This document shows, piece by piece, positions 1 through 15,061 of a stretch of DNA of 64,000 bases. This stretch comes from the human T2T-CHM13v2.0 reference genome, Homo sapiens: NCBI RefSeq assembly GCF_009914755.1, contig NC_060927.1; one strand, given 5' to 3'. The notes beneath the pieces were generated by a model, which worked only from the letters and a program-made list of their open reading frames with translations, did not search any database and had not been told where the DNA came from. The position numbers and the translations under genes are program-made. Each line of letters starts with the position of its first letter. Position 1 is the first letter of the stretch.

Positions 1-816
1 TTTAAGAATGTTGAATATTGGCTCCCACTCTCTTCTGGCTTGTACAGTTTCTGCTGAGAGATCCGCTGTTAGTCTGATGGGCTTCCCTTTGTGGGTAACC
101 CGACCTTTCTCTATGGCTGCCCTTAACATTTTTTCCTTCATTTCAACTATGGTGAATCTGACAATTATGTGTCTTGGAGTTGCTCTTCTCAAGGAGTATC
201 TTTGTGGCGTTCTCTGTATTTCCTGAATCTGAATGTTGGCCTGCCTTGCTAGATTAGGGAAGTTCTCCTGGATAATATCCTGAAGAGTGTTTTCCAACTT
301 GGTTCCGTTCTCCCCGTCACTTTCAGGTACACCAATCAGATACAGATTTGGTCTTTTCACATAGTCCCATATTTCTTGGAGGCTTTGTTCATTTCTTTTT
401 ATTCATTTTTCTCTAAACTTCCCTTCTCGCTTCATTTCATTCATTTCATCTTCCATCACTGATACCCTTTCTTCCAGTTGATCGCATCGGCTCCTGAGGC
501 TTCTGCATTCTTCATGTAGTTCTCGAGCCTTGGCTTTCAGCTCCATCAGCTCCTTTAAGCACTTCTCTGTATTGGTTATTCTAGTTATACATTCGTCTAA
601 ATTTTTTTTAAAGTTTGTAACTTCTTTGCCTTGGGTTTGAATTTTCTCCTGTAGCTCGGAGTAGTTTGATCGTCTGAAGCCTTCTTCTCTCAACTCGTCA
701 AAGTCATTCTCCATCCAGCTTTGTTCCGTTGCTGGTGAGGAACTGCATTCCTTTGGAGGAGGAGAGGCACTCTGCTTTTTAGAGTTTCCAGTTTTTCTGC
801 TCTGTTTTTTCCCCAT
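1..816 (-). pseudogene. L1 ORF1p, disrupted by a nonsense codon (AGA>TGA at 403-405); the frame resumes as IKRNEQSLQEIWDYVKRPN
   Basis: Track ORF 403..816 plus manual translation beyond the stop. Confidence 0.9.
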
Positions 817-1852
817 CTTTGTGGTTTTATCTACTTTTGGTCTTTGATGATGGTGATGTACAGATGGGTTTTTGGTGTGGATGTCCTTCCTGTTTGTTAG
901 TTTTCCTTCTAACAGACAGGACCCTCAGCTGCAGGTCTGTTGGAGTTTGCTAGAGGTCCACTCCAGACCCTGTTTGCCTGGGTATCAGCAGCGGTGGCTG
1001 CAGAACAGCGGATTTTCGCGAACCACAAATGCTGCTGTCTGATCATTCCTCTGGAAGTTTTGTCTCAGAGGAGTACTGGGCCGTGTGAGGTGTCAGTCTG
1101 CCCCTACTCGGGGGTGCCTCCCAGTTAGGCTGCTTGGGGGTCAGGGGTCAGGGACCCACTTGAGGAGGCAGTCTGCCCGTTCTCAGATCTCCAGCTGCAT
1201 GCTGGAAGAACCACTGCTCTCTTCAAAGCTGTCAGACAGGGACATTTAAGTCTGCAGACGTTACTGCTGTCTTTTTGTTTGTCTGTGCCCTGCCCCCAGG
1301 GGTGGAGCCTACAGAGGCAGGCAGGCCTCCTTGAGCTGTGGTGGGCTCCACCCAGTTTGAGCTTCCCAGCTGCTTTGTTTACCTACGCAAGCCTGAGCAA
1401 TGGCGGGCGCCCCTCCCCCAGCCTCGCTGCCGCCTTGCAGTTTGATCTCAGACTGCTGTGCTAGCAATCAGCGAGACTCCGTGGGCGTAGGACCCTCCGA
1501 GCCAGGTGCAGGATATAATCTCGTGGTGCGCCATTTTTTAAGCCCGTCGCAAAAGCGCAGTATTCTGGTGGGAGTGACCCGATTTTCCAGGTGCCGTCTG
1601 TCACCCCTTTCTTTGACTAGGAGAGGGAACTCCCTGACCCCTTGCGCTTCCCGAGTGAGGCAATGCCTTGCCCTGCTTCAGCTCCCACAAAGTGCGCTGC
1701 TCCCACTGTCCTGCGCCCACTGTCTGGCACTCCCTAGTGAGATGAACCCGGTACCTCAGATGGAAATGCAGAAATCACCGGTCTTCTGTGTCGCTCACGC
1801 TGGGAGCTGTAGACCGGAGCTGTTCCTATTCGGCCATCTTGGCTGCCCTCCC
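817..1852. promoter_or_regulatory. L1 5'UTR internal sense and antisense promoter; YY1 site at 1831-1843
   Basis: GCCAAGATGGCCG on the minus strand; CpG-retaining 5'UTR. Confidence 0.8.
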
Positions 1853-1879
1853 CAGTTTTTACTCTTTATCTTAAAGTAA
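1400..1879 (+). CDS. L1 ORF0-like antisense ORF, extended to 159 aa (expression unproven)
   Basis: MAGAPPPASLPPCSLISDCCASNQRDSVGVGPSEPG is the ORF0 N-terminus; Kozak gcaATGg. Confidence 0.55.
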   Translation: MAGAPPPASLPPCSLISDCCASNQRDSVGVGPSEPGAGYNLVVRHFLSPSQKRSILVGVTRFSRCRLSPLSLTRRGNSLTPCASRVRQCLALLQLPQSALLPLSCAHCLALPSEMNPVPQMEMQKSPVFCVAHAGSCRPELFLFGHLGCPPQFLLFILK

Positions 1880-2354
1880 GAAACAAAGGATAGTACCAAA
1901 TGACTACAGCTCCAAATAGAATTATGTAAACAATAACAAGGCCTTAGGACAATGTTAGTCATTGTTTTTATAAATATTCTAAAAATAGCAGTATGTAATA
2001 TAGTTTCTAATTACCCAAATAAGAATTCAATACCTTGTCTGCCCAATTGATAGACCTCATCAATTGCAAACTGTTTTCTTAGCCTACCCTCAATCACCCA
2101 GTCAGCACCATTTCAAAAATCTCACTTTTAAGCATCTCAAAGCCAAAACACAACTTCTTAACTTTCCAGCTCAATTACCCCTCTCCACTTGTGACACTTC
2201 TCTTCTCCTTTAGGGAATGTTGAGGGAGGAGGGTAGGAATCCCCAAGTGGGTAAGAACATCAATCTAGCAGGTCACCACTTGCTCTCCAACATCACCAGT
2301 TTTACCCTTTCCAGGAGAGAAAGCATCAGAAAACGCAGTAAAAAGCCAGAAGTA

Positions 2355-4301
<1,947 letters not shown>

Positions 4302-4409
4302 GCTATGTTCCAACAATATTTTATTTATAAAAGCAGGTGGTGGTCTGGATCTGGCCAGGAAAGCCAAAATTTATCAGCCCCCTGCACTAGATTGTTCTCA
4401 TTAACATAG

Positions 4410-5080
4410 AGACAACACTAAAATATTTATCATCTTAAAAACAAATGAAAAACCTCCTTTGACCCCCATATCTCCTTCTAGCTCTCTCTTTTTCAGCTCT
4501 CCCCTTTGCAGCAGAACTCCTTTAGAGTTATTGATGTTCCCTGTCTCTACTTCTTTATCTCCTCCTCAATCCACTGCACCAGGCTTTTGTCCCACACAGC
4601 ACTGAAAATTATCCTTAAGGAAGTTACACCTTCTGATGCTAAAATAATGGTAATCCTCTGTCCTCATCATACTGACCCTCTCAGCAGCCCTGGATATTGT
4701 TATTCTCTCCTTCTTAAAGTCCCTGAAAATTGGGGGCTTGCTTTTAAATACTGCAGCTAGCACTAGCACAGCCAATTAGCTCCCTCTCCTCAATCCTACA
4801 TTTCACCTTCCCAAAGAGAGGCTGTCTCTGTCCACCCTCTCAAAAACAGCCCACCCCACCTCATAAAACTCTCCATTCTCTTAATATGCTTCACTGTTCT
4901 CCACGGCACTTCTAACTAGTGGAAGGTACGTTTGTTTAAGTTGATTTCCTTGTTTATTGTCTAGTATATACCTCCATCCAATCATAAGCTCCATCTAATG
5001 CCAGGACGTTGTTTGTTTTGCCCACCTCAGTGAATATAACTAGTTGTGAAGTGACTCAGTGAATGAATGAATGAATGACA
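4410..5080 (+). mobile_element. L2 fragments (RT remnant and 3' end)
   Basis: ctcaatccactgcaccaggcttttgtcccacacagcactgaaa; (tgaa)n tail. Confidence 0.65.
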
Positions 5081-6507
5081 ACTCCTTTGCAGGCAGAAAA
5101 ATGCCAACCTGATTCTGTTCTGAAGTTCCATGATTCTATGATATAAATAAACTATAAGACCTCAAGAGACAGAAAAGTAAAAAGGAATTTTCTTGTGGGC
5201 AACTAAGGAAATACTTTGGGAGAAAATGTTAGGTAGCATTCCATTAACAATGATGATCTCTAGATTTCTATTTAAATACAGAAGGAAGGAACTGTGAATT
5301 AGTGTTGATTGTAGCCCCCAAAATACCCAGGCAGTTCTGACCAAAGACCAACTAACTGCTAGCTTCCAACATAAGCATGCACTGAGTGACTCAAGCCTGG
5401 GCACCATGTGACCAAAGAGACATCACCATGGAGAGCTCTCTGCTAACCCCTCCTTGAGAAAAGCTATCACTGAACCCATGAAAGCCAGAGAAGAATAACT
5501 ATAATAAGCAAGCCCCCAGCCTATAGGGCTGCTATGAAAATATGGATTCAAAAGATTAAGTTGTCCCTGACAGCAGAGATGAACAGTCTCAGTGGACCCA
5601 ACTGAGCCTCATAAGATATGGATAGGCAATGAAATGTTTACTGAATTATCATGAAACAAGGGGAAACCTCTATGATGGGAAGCAAGATAATGGAAGAAAA
5701 TAAGCAGAAATATTTACCACCTAGAGTTTTTTACATCCTGAAAATATAAATAACATCAAAACAAGCTTAGATCAATTACCTTTGATCTTCCTTACGAATA
5801 AGTAAAAAAAAATAGAATACCTGGGACAAAACTCCTAAGAATTTAGGTTGGTGTTTTTCTACAATCCTATCAGAAAAACAATACTGGAGTGGATGGAGAT
5901 AATTAACACTTATTTCATCAGTGCTTATGTAAAGGCCTGGGTTTGTTTCTGCAGGAGATACAGTGACGAGTTATATCATAATTAACATAAAAAGGAGGGA
6001 TATCAGCCCTATCAGTGTTGTTTAAGTCATAAGCCAGAACAGGGCTCAAAATCTATGACAGTGGGAGAAAGAAGAGGCTGAACTGAACAAGGATATAGAC
6101 TCAAACTACGAATCAAATAGTTCCAAGAGCAACGCAGTAGTGAAAAGCAGAAAGAGGTGGGGGTCAGAATCTCATGATGATGGCAGGCAGAAACAGGAGA
6201 ATCATGCTTTTGTTTTTATCCACATGACACTGAGAACGACTGTGTTGAGAAATTGGACTGTTCTTATAAGTGTGACACAATGAAACTTAAAACACTTTAA
6301 GTTCTTTGTGATATTCATTTGGATTTTTAAAAGAAAGGGACTCTGCTGAGTAGTACAAAGCACCATGAATAAACCAGGAGATGTGAACCCAAAATTTGAT
6401 CTTGCTTCACATTGATTGTGGGGCTTAGGACACACAAATTACTGCTGGGGCCTCATTTTCCTAATGTATAAAATGAAGACAATGGCACAGTATACTAACA
6501 ATATCTT

Positions 6508-7031
6508 TGTACTCTGTATTTGTGATGCTTTGATATCCTGGGGTTTTACTAATCTAGAAGGAATGCCTATCCCGGGCCCAGCTAATTCCTAGAGACAGCA
6601 AAGAACTAGCCTTCGGGCATATCTTTCCAATGCAAACTAACCAATCCTTAGCTCATACCCACAACCACCTCCGTTACTGAGCTCTTAACACTGCAGGCCA
6701 ATATTCCCCTGCCCTGATCACTCCAGAGCCAGGTACCAGACACCCAGGGACAGCCCTTACACTCCAGAGCCCATTGAAATTATTCAAACTAGCCAATCCT
6801 AAGCCTGCTTACCCTGTCTTGCCTGTTCCTTCCCATGAAAACCACAGTAAAAGTTCTTGTCCACATTTTCCTCTGCCCCCTGACTGGCCCTGGTTCTTCC
6901 TCACATGGCACCCAGTGGCATGGTATGCCCTTCCTCTTGGATCTTTTAGTAACGAACTATTTTTTCAATGGCAATTGTCTCCTGATCTACTGGCCTCACC
7001 ATACCTGAATAATAAAATTCACATTTTAAAC
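6508..7031 (+). mobile_element. MER74-family solo LTR (ERVL)
   Basis: Matches recalled consensus gaaattattcaaactagccaatcctaagcctgcttaccctg. Confidence 0.75.
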
Positions 7032-7125
7032 GACCCAGATGATCTCCAAAGTTCCATCTAGCTCTAAAATTCCAATATTTCTGTGTTCACATGAATAAAG
7101 ACCAAAAAGTTCTATTCCTTTAAAG

Positions 7126-7328
7126 CAAGAATCAGCAAACATTTTCTGAAAAGTGTCCAGAAGTAAGTATTTTAGGCTTTGCCAGACACAGAATCTCTGT
7201 CTCACATTCATCTCTTTAAGTTTTACAACCCTTTAAAAATGTAAACACCACTCCTACCTCACAGGCCTCACACAAAAACAGGCTGCAAGCCAGTTAGCCA
7301 TATGGGTCACAGTTTGCCAGTCTCTGCT
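7126..7328 (+). mobile_element. MER58B/C DNA transposon
   Basis: tcagcaaac ... gtttgccag termini; acaaccctttaaaaatgtaaa core. Confidence 0.7.
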
Positions 7329-8528
7329 TTAGATGACAAGGGAAAGTTTACAGACCTTAGGAAGTCTTGGAAAACATAAAAAGCTTTACTGAATCCATAG
7401 TCAGATTTAAAACCACTCTGCAATGCACAATGGGAATCACTATTTATAAATGTATGCAATAAACCTAAGTTGTTTCCTTGTAAATCTCACACCAAAAAAG
7501 CCATTCACTTCTGACCCAGAAATAACTGTTAAGAATTCATGTGACCGTAAACTCACATCTATGTTAAAAGAAAACAACGAGAAAATATCACTGTGTTGAA
7601 ATAACTATCCTGGCTGGAGTCCAACAGACACAAACTCAACAGGTTCACAAATCAAGAAATCCATTGCAAAGATAACATGTATCTATTGCAAGGACAACAT
7701 GTATCTATTCTAAATATACTTATAAATTGTGGATTTCTCTAGAACCAGACAAGACAACAAAAAACAAACACATCCAACTATCAACATTTCCTTTAGAATG
7801 AGAGGTGCTATTTTACTAACACCTTTCAAAGATAGTTAACAACCATTAGCAGTTGAATCAAGAAAAAGGATTTCCACAGGAAAAACAAAATGCTAAATTT
7901 TTCAACAGTAAAATAAAATGTTATGCTCAAAACTGTTAAATGATAATCTCAGTGAAAGAATACAAAATACTTTAGCAAAGCCAACAATTAGGACAATTTT
8001 AATTTAACTTCAAAATCCTTAAGTAATTTTTAAACACCAATAATACATGCTGGGTAAGTATATAGCATTATAATCCTAAAATCAAGGCAGAGAGAAAGGG
8101 AGTCTTTAAAAAGCTTTCGATTCAAGAGACTGATAAAAGAAGCAAAAACTCAAAATTTGCTCACTGTTTTAAATATTTTATGCTTGCGTTATCCCGTGAA
8201 ATTCCACCTTGACAAAAACTATGAATGTGCACCCAATTTGAACAAGTGGCTGAGAGCACTGGAACACAAGCTACAGTTACAAAAAGAAGAAAGGGCAAGT
8301 TAAAAACAGATGCTCAAGAGCTCAGTCCCCACTAGAGAAACCTTGTATTTTATTCTGCAGAGTAACAGTGAAGAATAATGAGAAACCATGTATGAGTGAT
8401 CCTAAAACAAAAACAGTCTTACAGACTCAGAGACTGACTTGCTTCTCACTGTGAGGCTTTTCAATATACACAGGCAGCTTGAGAAGCATCAAATTATTTC
8501 TGAAGAAATCAGTTCATTCTAATAAAGT

Positions 8529-9192
8529 TGGTGGGACTCAGTGGCTCACACCTGTAATCCCAGCACTTTGGGAGGCTGAGGTGGGAGGACTGCTTGAGCC
8601 CAGGAGTTTGAGACCAGCCTGGGCAACATAGTAAGATGCCATCTCTACAAAAAAAAAAATCGTTTAAATTATCTAGGTGTACATGGAATGCTACGCAGCC
8701 ATAACAAGGATGAGTTCATGTCCTTTGCAGGGACATAGATGAAGCTGGAAACCATCATTCTCAGCAAACTATCGCAAGGACAAAAAACCAAACACCGCAC
8801 GTTCTCACTCATAGGTGGGAATTGAACAATGAGAACACATGGACACAGGAAGGGGAACATCACACACCGGGGACTGTTGTGGGGTGGGGGGAGGGGGGAG
8901 GGATAGCATTAGGAGATATACCTAATGCTAAATGACGAGTTAATGGGTGCAGCACACCAACATGGCACATGTATACATATGTAACAAATCTGTACGTTGT
9001 GCACATGTACACTACAACTTAAAGTATAATAAAAATAAATTAATAAATTAATTTAAAAAATTATCTAGGTGTAGCAGCATGCATCTGTGGTCCCAGCTAC
9101 TCAGGAGGCTAAGGCAGAAGGATTGCTTGGGGCTTGGAGTTCAAGGCTGCAGTAAGTGGTGATCACAACAGTGCTCTATAGCCTGGGCAACA
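8529..9192 (+). mobile_element. AluJ interrupted by an L1 3' fragment
   Basis: Left arm 8529-8660, right arm 9061-9192. Confidence 0.85.
8682..9057 (+). mobile_element. 5'-truncated L1PA4/5 (ORF2 end, 3'UTR, A-tail)
   Basis: 16-bp TSD aaattatctaggtgta at 8666-8681 and 9058-9073. Confidence 0.92.
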
Positions 9193-11060
9193 TTTGAATG
9201 AATTTATTACATAGCTACATAGTTATTTCACCTATTGAGATTTCATCAAAGGAAATATTTTAGCTGTATAAATTCAGCTAATTGAGGGTAAAAAACTTAA
9301 ATGGCTTATTTTAACAACAGTTTAACAAATATCTCAAACATCTCTGATGATTTGGGCTTTTACTTTTACCAGACTACAAAATTTGAATTGAAATATAAAA
9401 GAATATGGCAAAGCCTAACTTTATTAAGGCATATAATAAATTGAAAGGCAAGCTGATGTGGAAGCTATCTTGTGACTGGGGTATCCCTTAATGGCTTGCA
9501 CAACCGCTTTCCAAAGTCAATTCAAAAACACTGTCCCACCCATGCAGTTTTTTTCTGCTATTGAAAAACTTTTCCCCCCAGTTTTTTGTAGGGTGCTGGA
9601 GCTGTGGTTTGAATCAATATCACTAGACATTTCTACCTTCTGTCAATGGGATTACCTCCTCTAGGAATATTCATATTAATATTTCTTCCTCTAAGAATAA
9701 TGAAAGGATGAAGAAAGGGAAGGGGCGGGGGGAAAGAAGGAACACTTATACAACATTTTCTATGGACTAGGGGGTTCACAGAAATATTAATATTTCTTTT
9801 ATTATTCTTATTTTCCAGGGGGAGGGAATTTAGGTACAGATAAATGAAGTAACTTGGCCAAAATCATACAGCTACTTGGGTTAAATTCCTTTAGATGCTA
9901 CCATCATCAAAAGACATGGCATTAAAAAATCATTACATGTATTAAAACCATTACATTGTTTAATAAAAGTCTATTTATAAATCTATCTCCTCCATTAAAT
10001 ACTAAGCATCCTTAGAGTAAGAACTTTCTTATCGTTGATTTTTGTCATCATTCAGTAGTTGCTGATTAAGATGTTTGATAAATTAATGAAAGAATGAACA
10101 AATGAACCAAAAACTAATTAGAGAAGTCAACTGAAGACAGGTGACTGTATGGCCAGAAGTACTTTTCACTCAACACTATACCATTAATTCACTGTGAACT
10201 TCATTTAAGAGATCCCTAAAATTTCACTGTGGTGAACAGCACTTTTATGAATCTTGTCATAAAACAAATAGCTCTAACAAGCAAACTAAAATAACAACAA
10301 TTCTTAGATACAGAACATAAACAATTTTTTTTTTGCAATACAGGAAAACAGCTAAATTTTGCTCCAAAAGAACTCAAAGAAGTTAAAATGTAATTTGTTT
10401 GCTGAGGAAGATTTGCTGAAAGCTAATTATCTCTTAATGGAAACAAGATACTGGAGTGTTGCTTTCTCTGAGAGGAATGGTTTTGGTGCAACCTACTGTA
10501 AAATTAAGGAGAGAGAAAAGGGCAGTGCTCAGGGGAGTTAACACTTCCCTCCCAATGAAACTGCACCAACATGGCAAACAATTTACCTTTCTGCTATACA
10601 CTCAATAATAAACTAGATCCACCAGGGCAGTACTGTTTTTTTAAAAAAAAATCCTGGTCATGTACAATGCAGATTTGATTATGCTCGTCCCTCACTTGAA
10701 AGGGAACAATAAATACCCAATGGTAATATGACTAAGTTTTGAGGGCTTCCAGCAACTAAGAATTCTATAAAATAAGAATAAACACATAAAAATCATAATG
10801 CTCCACTTAACATAGGATGGTTTAATGTTCTAATAGTTATTACATGGTACTCTAAACTCATAATATATACAAACAAAATTAAAACGCATATCCTTCAAAC
10901 AACATGATGCTGTTGGATACAATTAATAAGCAAGTTAAGTTTGTAACAAATGGTTCATGGTTATTTTTACATATTTGGAAATCTATCTGCACAAACAATT
11001 AAGGCACTCTACTCTTGATGTACATCTATAGTTGACCATTTTGCCTCAAAACCACTGATA

Positions 11061-11318
11061 CCCTGTAATCCCAGCACTTTAAGAGGCCGAGGTGGGTGGA
11101 CCATGAGGTTAGGAGTTCAAGACCAGCCTGGCCAAGATGGTGAAACCCCATCTCTACTAAAAATACAAAAATTACCAGGTGTGGTGGCAGACGCCTGTAA
11201 TCCCAGCTACTCAGGAGGCAGAGGCAGAGAATTACTTGAACCCAGGAAGTGAAGGTTACAGTGAGCTGAGATCACACCACTGCACTGCAGCCTAGGTGAC
11301 AAAGCGAGACTCCATCTC

Positions 11319-11353
<35 letters not shown>
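11061..11353 (+). mobile_element. AluSg-like, slightly 5'-truncated, long poly-A
   Basis: TSD accactgatacc. Confidence 0.9.
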
Positions 11354-11354
<1 letters not shown>

Positions 11355-11764
11355 ACACACCACTGATACCAAATAACTGGGGATGATCTCTAAAGTTAAT
11401 GAGTTGCCATTTTAGGCACTTGCCAAAATCAGGGGTGACATTCCCCAGCATTAGGCCTAATTTTCTTTTGGTTACAGTAAGCAAATAAACAGACCACTTA
11501 CAAAAATTGACCATATATTAGGCCAAAGCAAATAATAAGACAGAAATAGAACAAAAAATATTACCTGATCACAATGCAATGAAACTAGAAATTAATATCA
11601 AAGACTTAATCGTCACATAAGGGAATGGCAAAGATCACATATACACTAATTTGATAAAGGTTTTGAATTAATAGGCACTTGTACACAGATGGTGGACAGA
11701 AAACTGGCACAACTTAGATTGGGGAAAATTTGGCAACATCTCTCAAAATTACAAATACTTACAC

Positions 11765-11936
11765 CAGTGGTTCTCAAACTTGTTTGCACATTTAACAGAT
11801 GGGGAGCGTCTAATTACTGATGCCAGTGTCTAGCCCTAGAGATTGTGATTTAATTGGCCTAGGGTATGGCCTGGACTTCAAATTTTTAAAAAGCTCCCCA
11901 AGTGATACTAATGTACAGCCAAGTTTGGAAATCGCT
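11765..11936. mobile_element. MER5A/B within old L1M fragments
   Basis: cagtggttctcaaact ... caagtttggaaatc termini. Confidence 0.7.
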
Positions 11937-12243
11937 TGCTTAAATATCTTTTGATAAGCAATTCCACGTCTCATTTATGGTGCACATATATTCACACATA
12001 TGATCAATGTCCTATTTCATTAACTGTAGCTTTGTTTTGTAACACCAAAAGATTAGGAAAGAACAAATATTCACCTAAAGGGGACTTGTTAAATCAATAT
12101 GTAATATTGATAAAATGCAACGCTATGTATCTGTTTAAAGGAGTGGCACAGATAGTATATGAATTACATTTCAATAAAACTGTTAATTTTTAAAAGAGGT
12201 CCAGAAATGGTATAGACAGCATGCTACTGTGTATGTGAAAAAC

Positions 12244-12246
<3 letters not shown>

Positions 12247-12277
<31 letters not shown>
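12247..12277. repeat. (CA)n microsatellite
   Basis: Seen directly. Confidence 0.95.
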
Positions 12278-12283
<6 letters not shown>

Positions 12284-13363
12284 CTGGCAGCAGTGGTTCT
12301 CTGTGGAGGAATAATTGCTTTTCTCTGTATACCCTTCAAATACTGAAGTTCTGAACATGTTATGTATTAACTCTGAAAAATAAATTTTTAAAATTAAAAT
12401 GAAATATAAAACCAATGTAGTCATATTCCCCAATCAAACAGAATTTTTATGAGGTAACATTCAAAGCGGCACAAGGGAACTTTTTGGAATGATAGAAACC
12501 CTCTTTATTTTGATTGTGATAGTAGTTTACATAATTGTGTACCATTTTCAAAACTCATAGAACTGTATACCTCAAATGAGTGATTTTAATCCATGTAAAT
12601 TATATCTCAATAAACCTGTTTATTTATTTATTTAAAGCTTACATGACACCCGAGGCCTCTTGAACAATGCTGATAGAAATGTAAATTGGTACAACCCACC
12701 TGGAAAACTCCTTTGTGGTACAGTGTATCTGTTGGATCTGGTTTACCAAAAGCCTTCGGACTCAGCATTTTCACCTCTGCATAGGAATATTCATGGCTGC
12801 ACTATTCATGACAGCAAAAATACGGAACCCAGACTTTGTTAAAAGTAAAATGGATTGGGCAACTGTGGTGTATTTGTGCAATGGAAAGCCAAGAGAAGAG
12901 GATTTGGTTTGAAAAGTAGCATTGCCCAGACCAACGAACTATTGGCAAAGGGCATAAGCAGAAAAAGATACACACACATTCCTTGACCATATGAAGTGGT
13001 AGTCATTCTTACTTGTAAGAGAAATACATGTTAAAATTACTCTGAAATAACTCATTTCAACTGCCACAATGGCAACATTGCAAAGTTTAATGAGTTTTGA
13101 TGGCAAGACTTGCAGAGAAGTAAGCATCCTCAGATATGTCCTTTGGAGGCATAAAATAGTAAACCCAAGGGAAAGAAATTTGGCCATATTAAAAAAAAAA
13201 AAAAGTTCAGTGTATTTCTCCTTTGATACATCAATACATTTATAGGAATTATCCTATAAGATATACATTCATATGTACAAAATAACACATTTATGAGAGT
13301 ATTCATTATTTGCAATTACACAAGATTAGAAACAAGTCTATCAATTAGACACTAGAAAAGTTA

Positions 13364-13851
<488 letters not shown>

Positions 13852-14992
13852 TCACATTAGCTTGCATTTGGATACATAATGAATAAAAATACTTAACCAT
13901 AGGGGAAGATGAGGAAAGAACAGAATAAACAGAGAAAGAAATGAGACTTCTCAGTATCTACCTTTTTAAAAATACTGTTCTTTTTTCTCCCACTAAAAAT
14001 CAATTACTCATTCCAAAATGTTAGACTTAAAATGCATTCTTAAAAATCCATTTAGGGAAATAAAACAAATTCAAAAGTCTAATTACTTTTTCCTTCTTCA
14101 TCCCTTCCTTAAGGTATGTAAAAATGGACTTTGCAAGTTGCACACATGTTGCTAGGACCTCCCTTTGAAGTAAGGGGGACAATAATTGGTCTTTAATGCA
14201 TTGCTCTTGATCCCCTTGACCTTTGGAGCCTCAGCCATAACTGACATGAGGCAAGACTTATTTTAACGCTGTTTTTCAAGAAAAGCCAAACAGAATCCAG
14301 AAAGAGACTGCAAATAAGACACAGGTATCCAGAAAGAGCTCACAAATAAGACAAAGGTAGCATTTAATGGGGAGAGGGGTGGTAAATAAGTAATTTCAGT
14401 CAACAAAATGATTTAGATATCTTTGTATATCAATATTCAAACTGTATCTTGCCTTTTTAAACTGTTAGTGTTCTATATTATGGCTATATCATAGTTTATG
14501 TTTTACTTATATAAAATTGTATAAATTTTATACAATTTTATCATTTTTAAAATTATTTGCCTTAGTAGAATTTTATTTGTGTATATGTGAGTTTTTCTCT
14601 AGAACAAATCCTTCGAAGTAGAATTGAAGGTTGAAGGCTGTGTACCTTTACACTTTAATTAAATACAGTGAACAAATATTCAAAGAGATTCACTGTTATC
14701 AGTAGTTAGGTGAATGCAAATAAAATGAGATCCCATTTTCATTCATTAGTTTGGCAAAGATATTGGCAAGAGTATGAATAAATATGATATGAAAAGATCT
14801 CCAAATCATTTTGATAAGTGAAAAAGCAAACTTCATAGATACAGAATGATACTATCTAGGTTTTTTTTTAGTCAATCACCACGAAGTGAATTTATTTCAG
14901 TATTTATGTGTGTGTGTGCGTGCCCACATGTACACAGGTATATACACATATGTGTGTGTATACTCGTATACATACACACATATATATACATA

Positions 14993-15030
14993 CAGATAGG
15001 CAGGCAGATAGACAGATAGATAGATAGATG

Positions 15031-15061
<31 letters not shown>

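Larger units (their letters stand above)
1..1852 (-). mobile_element. 5' end of an L1PA3/L1PA4-type LINE-1 (complete ~1.04 kb 5'UTR plus part of ORF1), continuing left of the window
   Basis: Begins GGGAGGGCAGCCAAGATGGCCGAATAGGAACAGCTCCGG on the minus strand; ORF1 MGKKQSRKTGNSK starts at 816. Confidence 0.95.
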
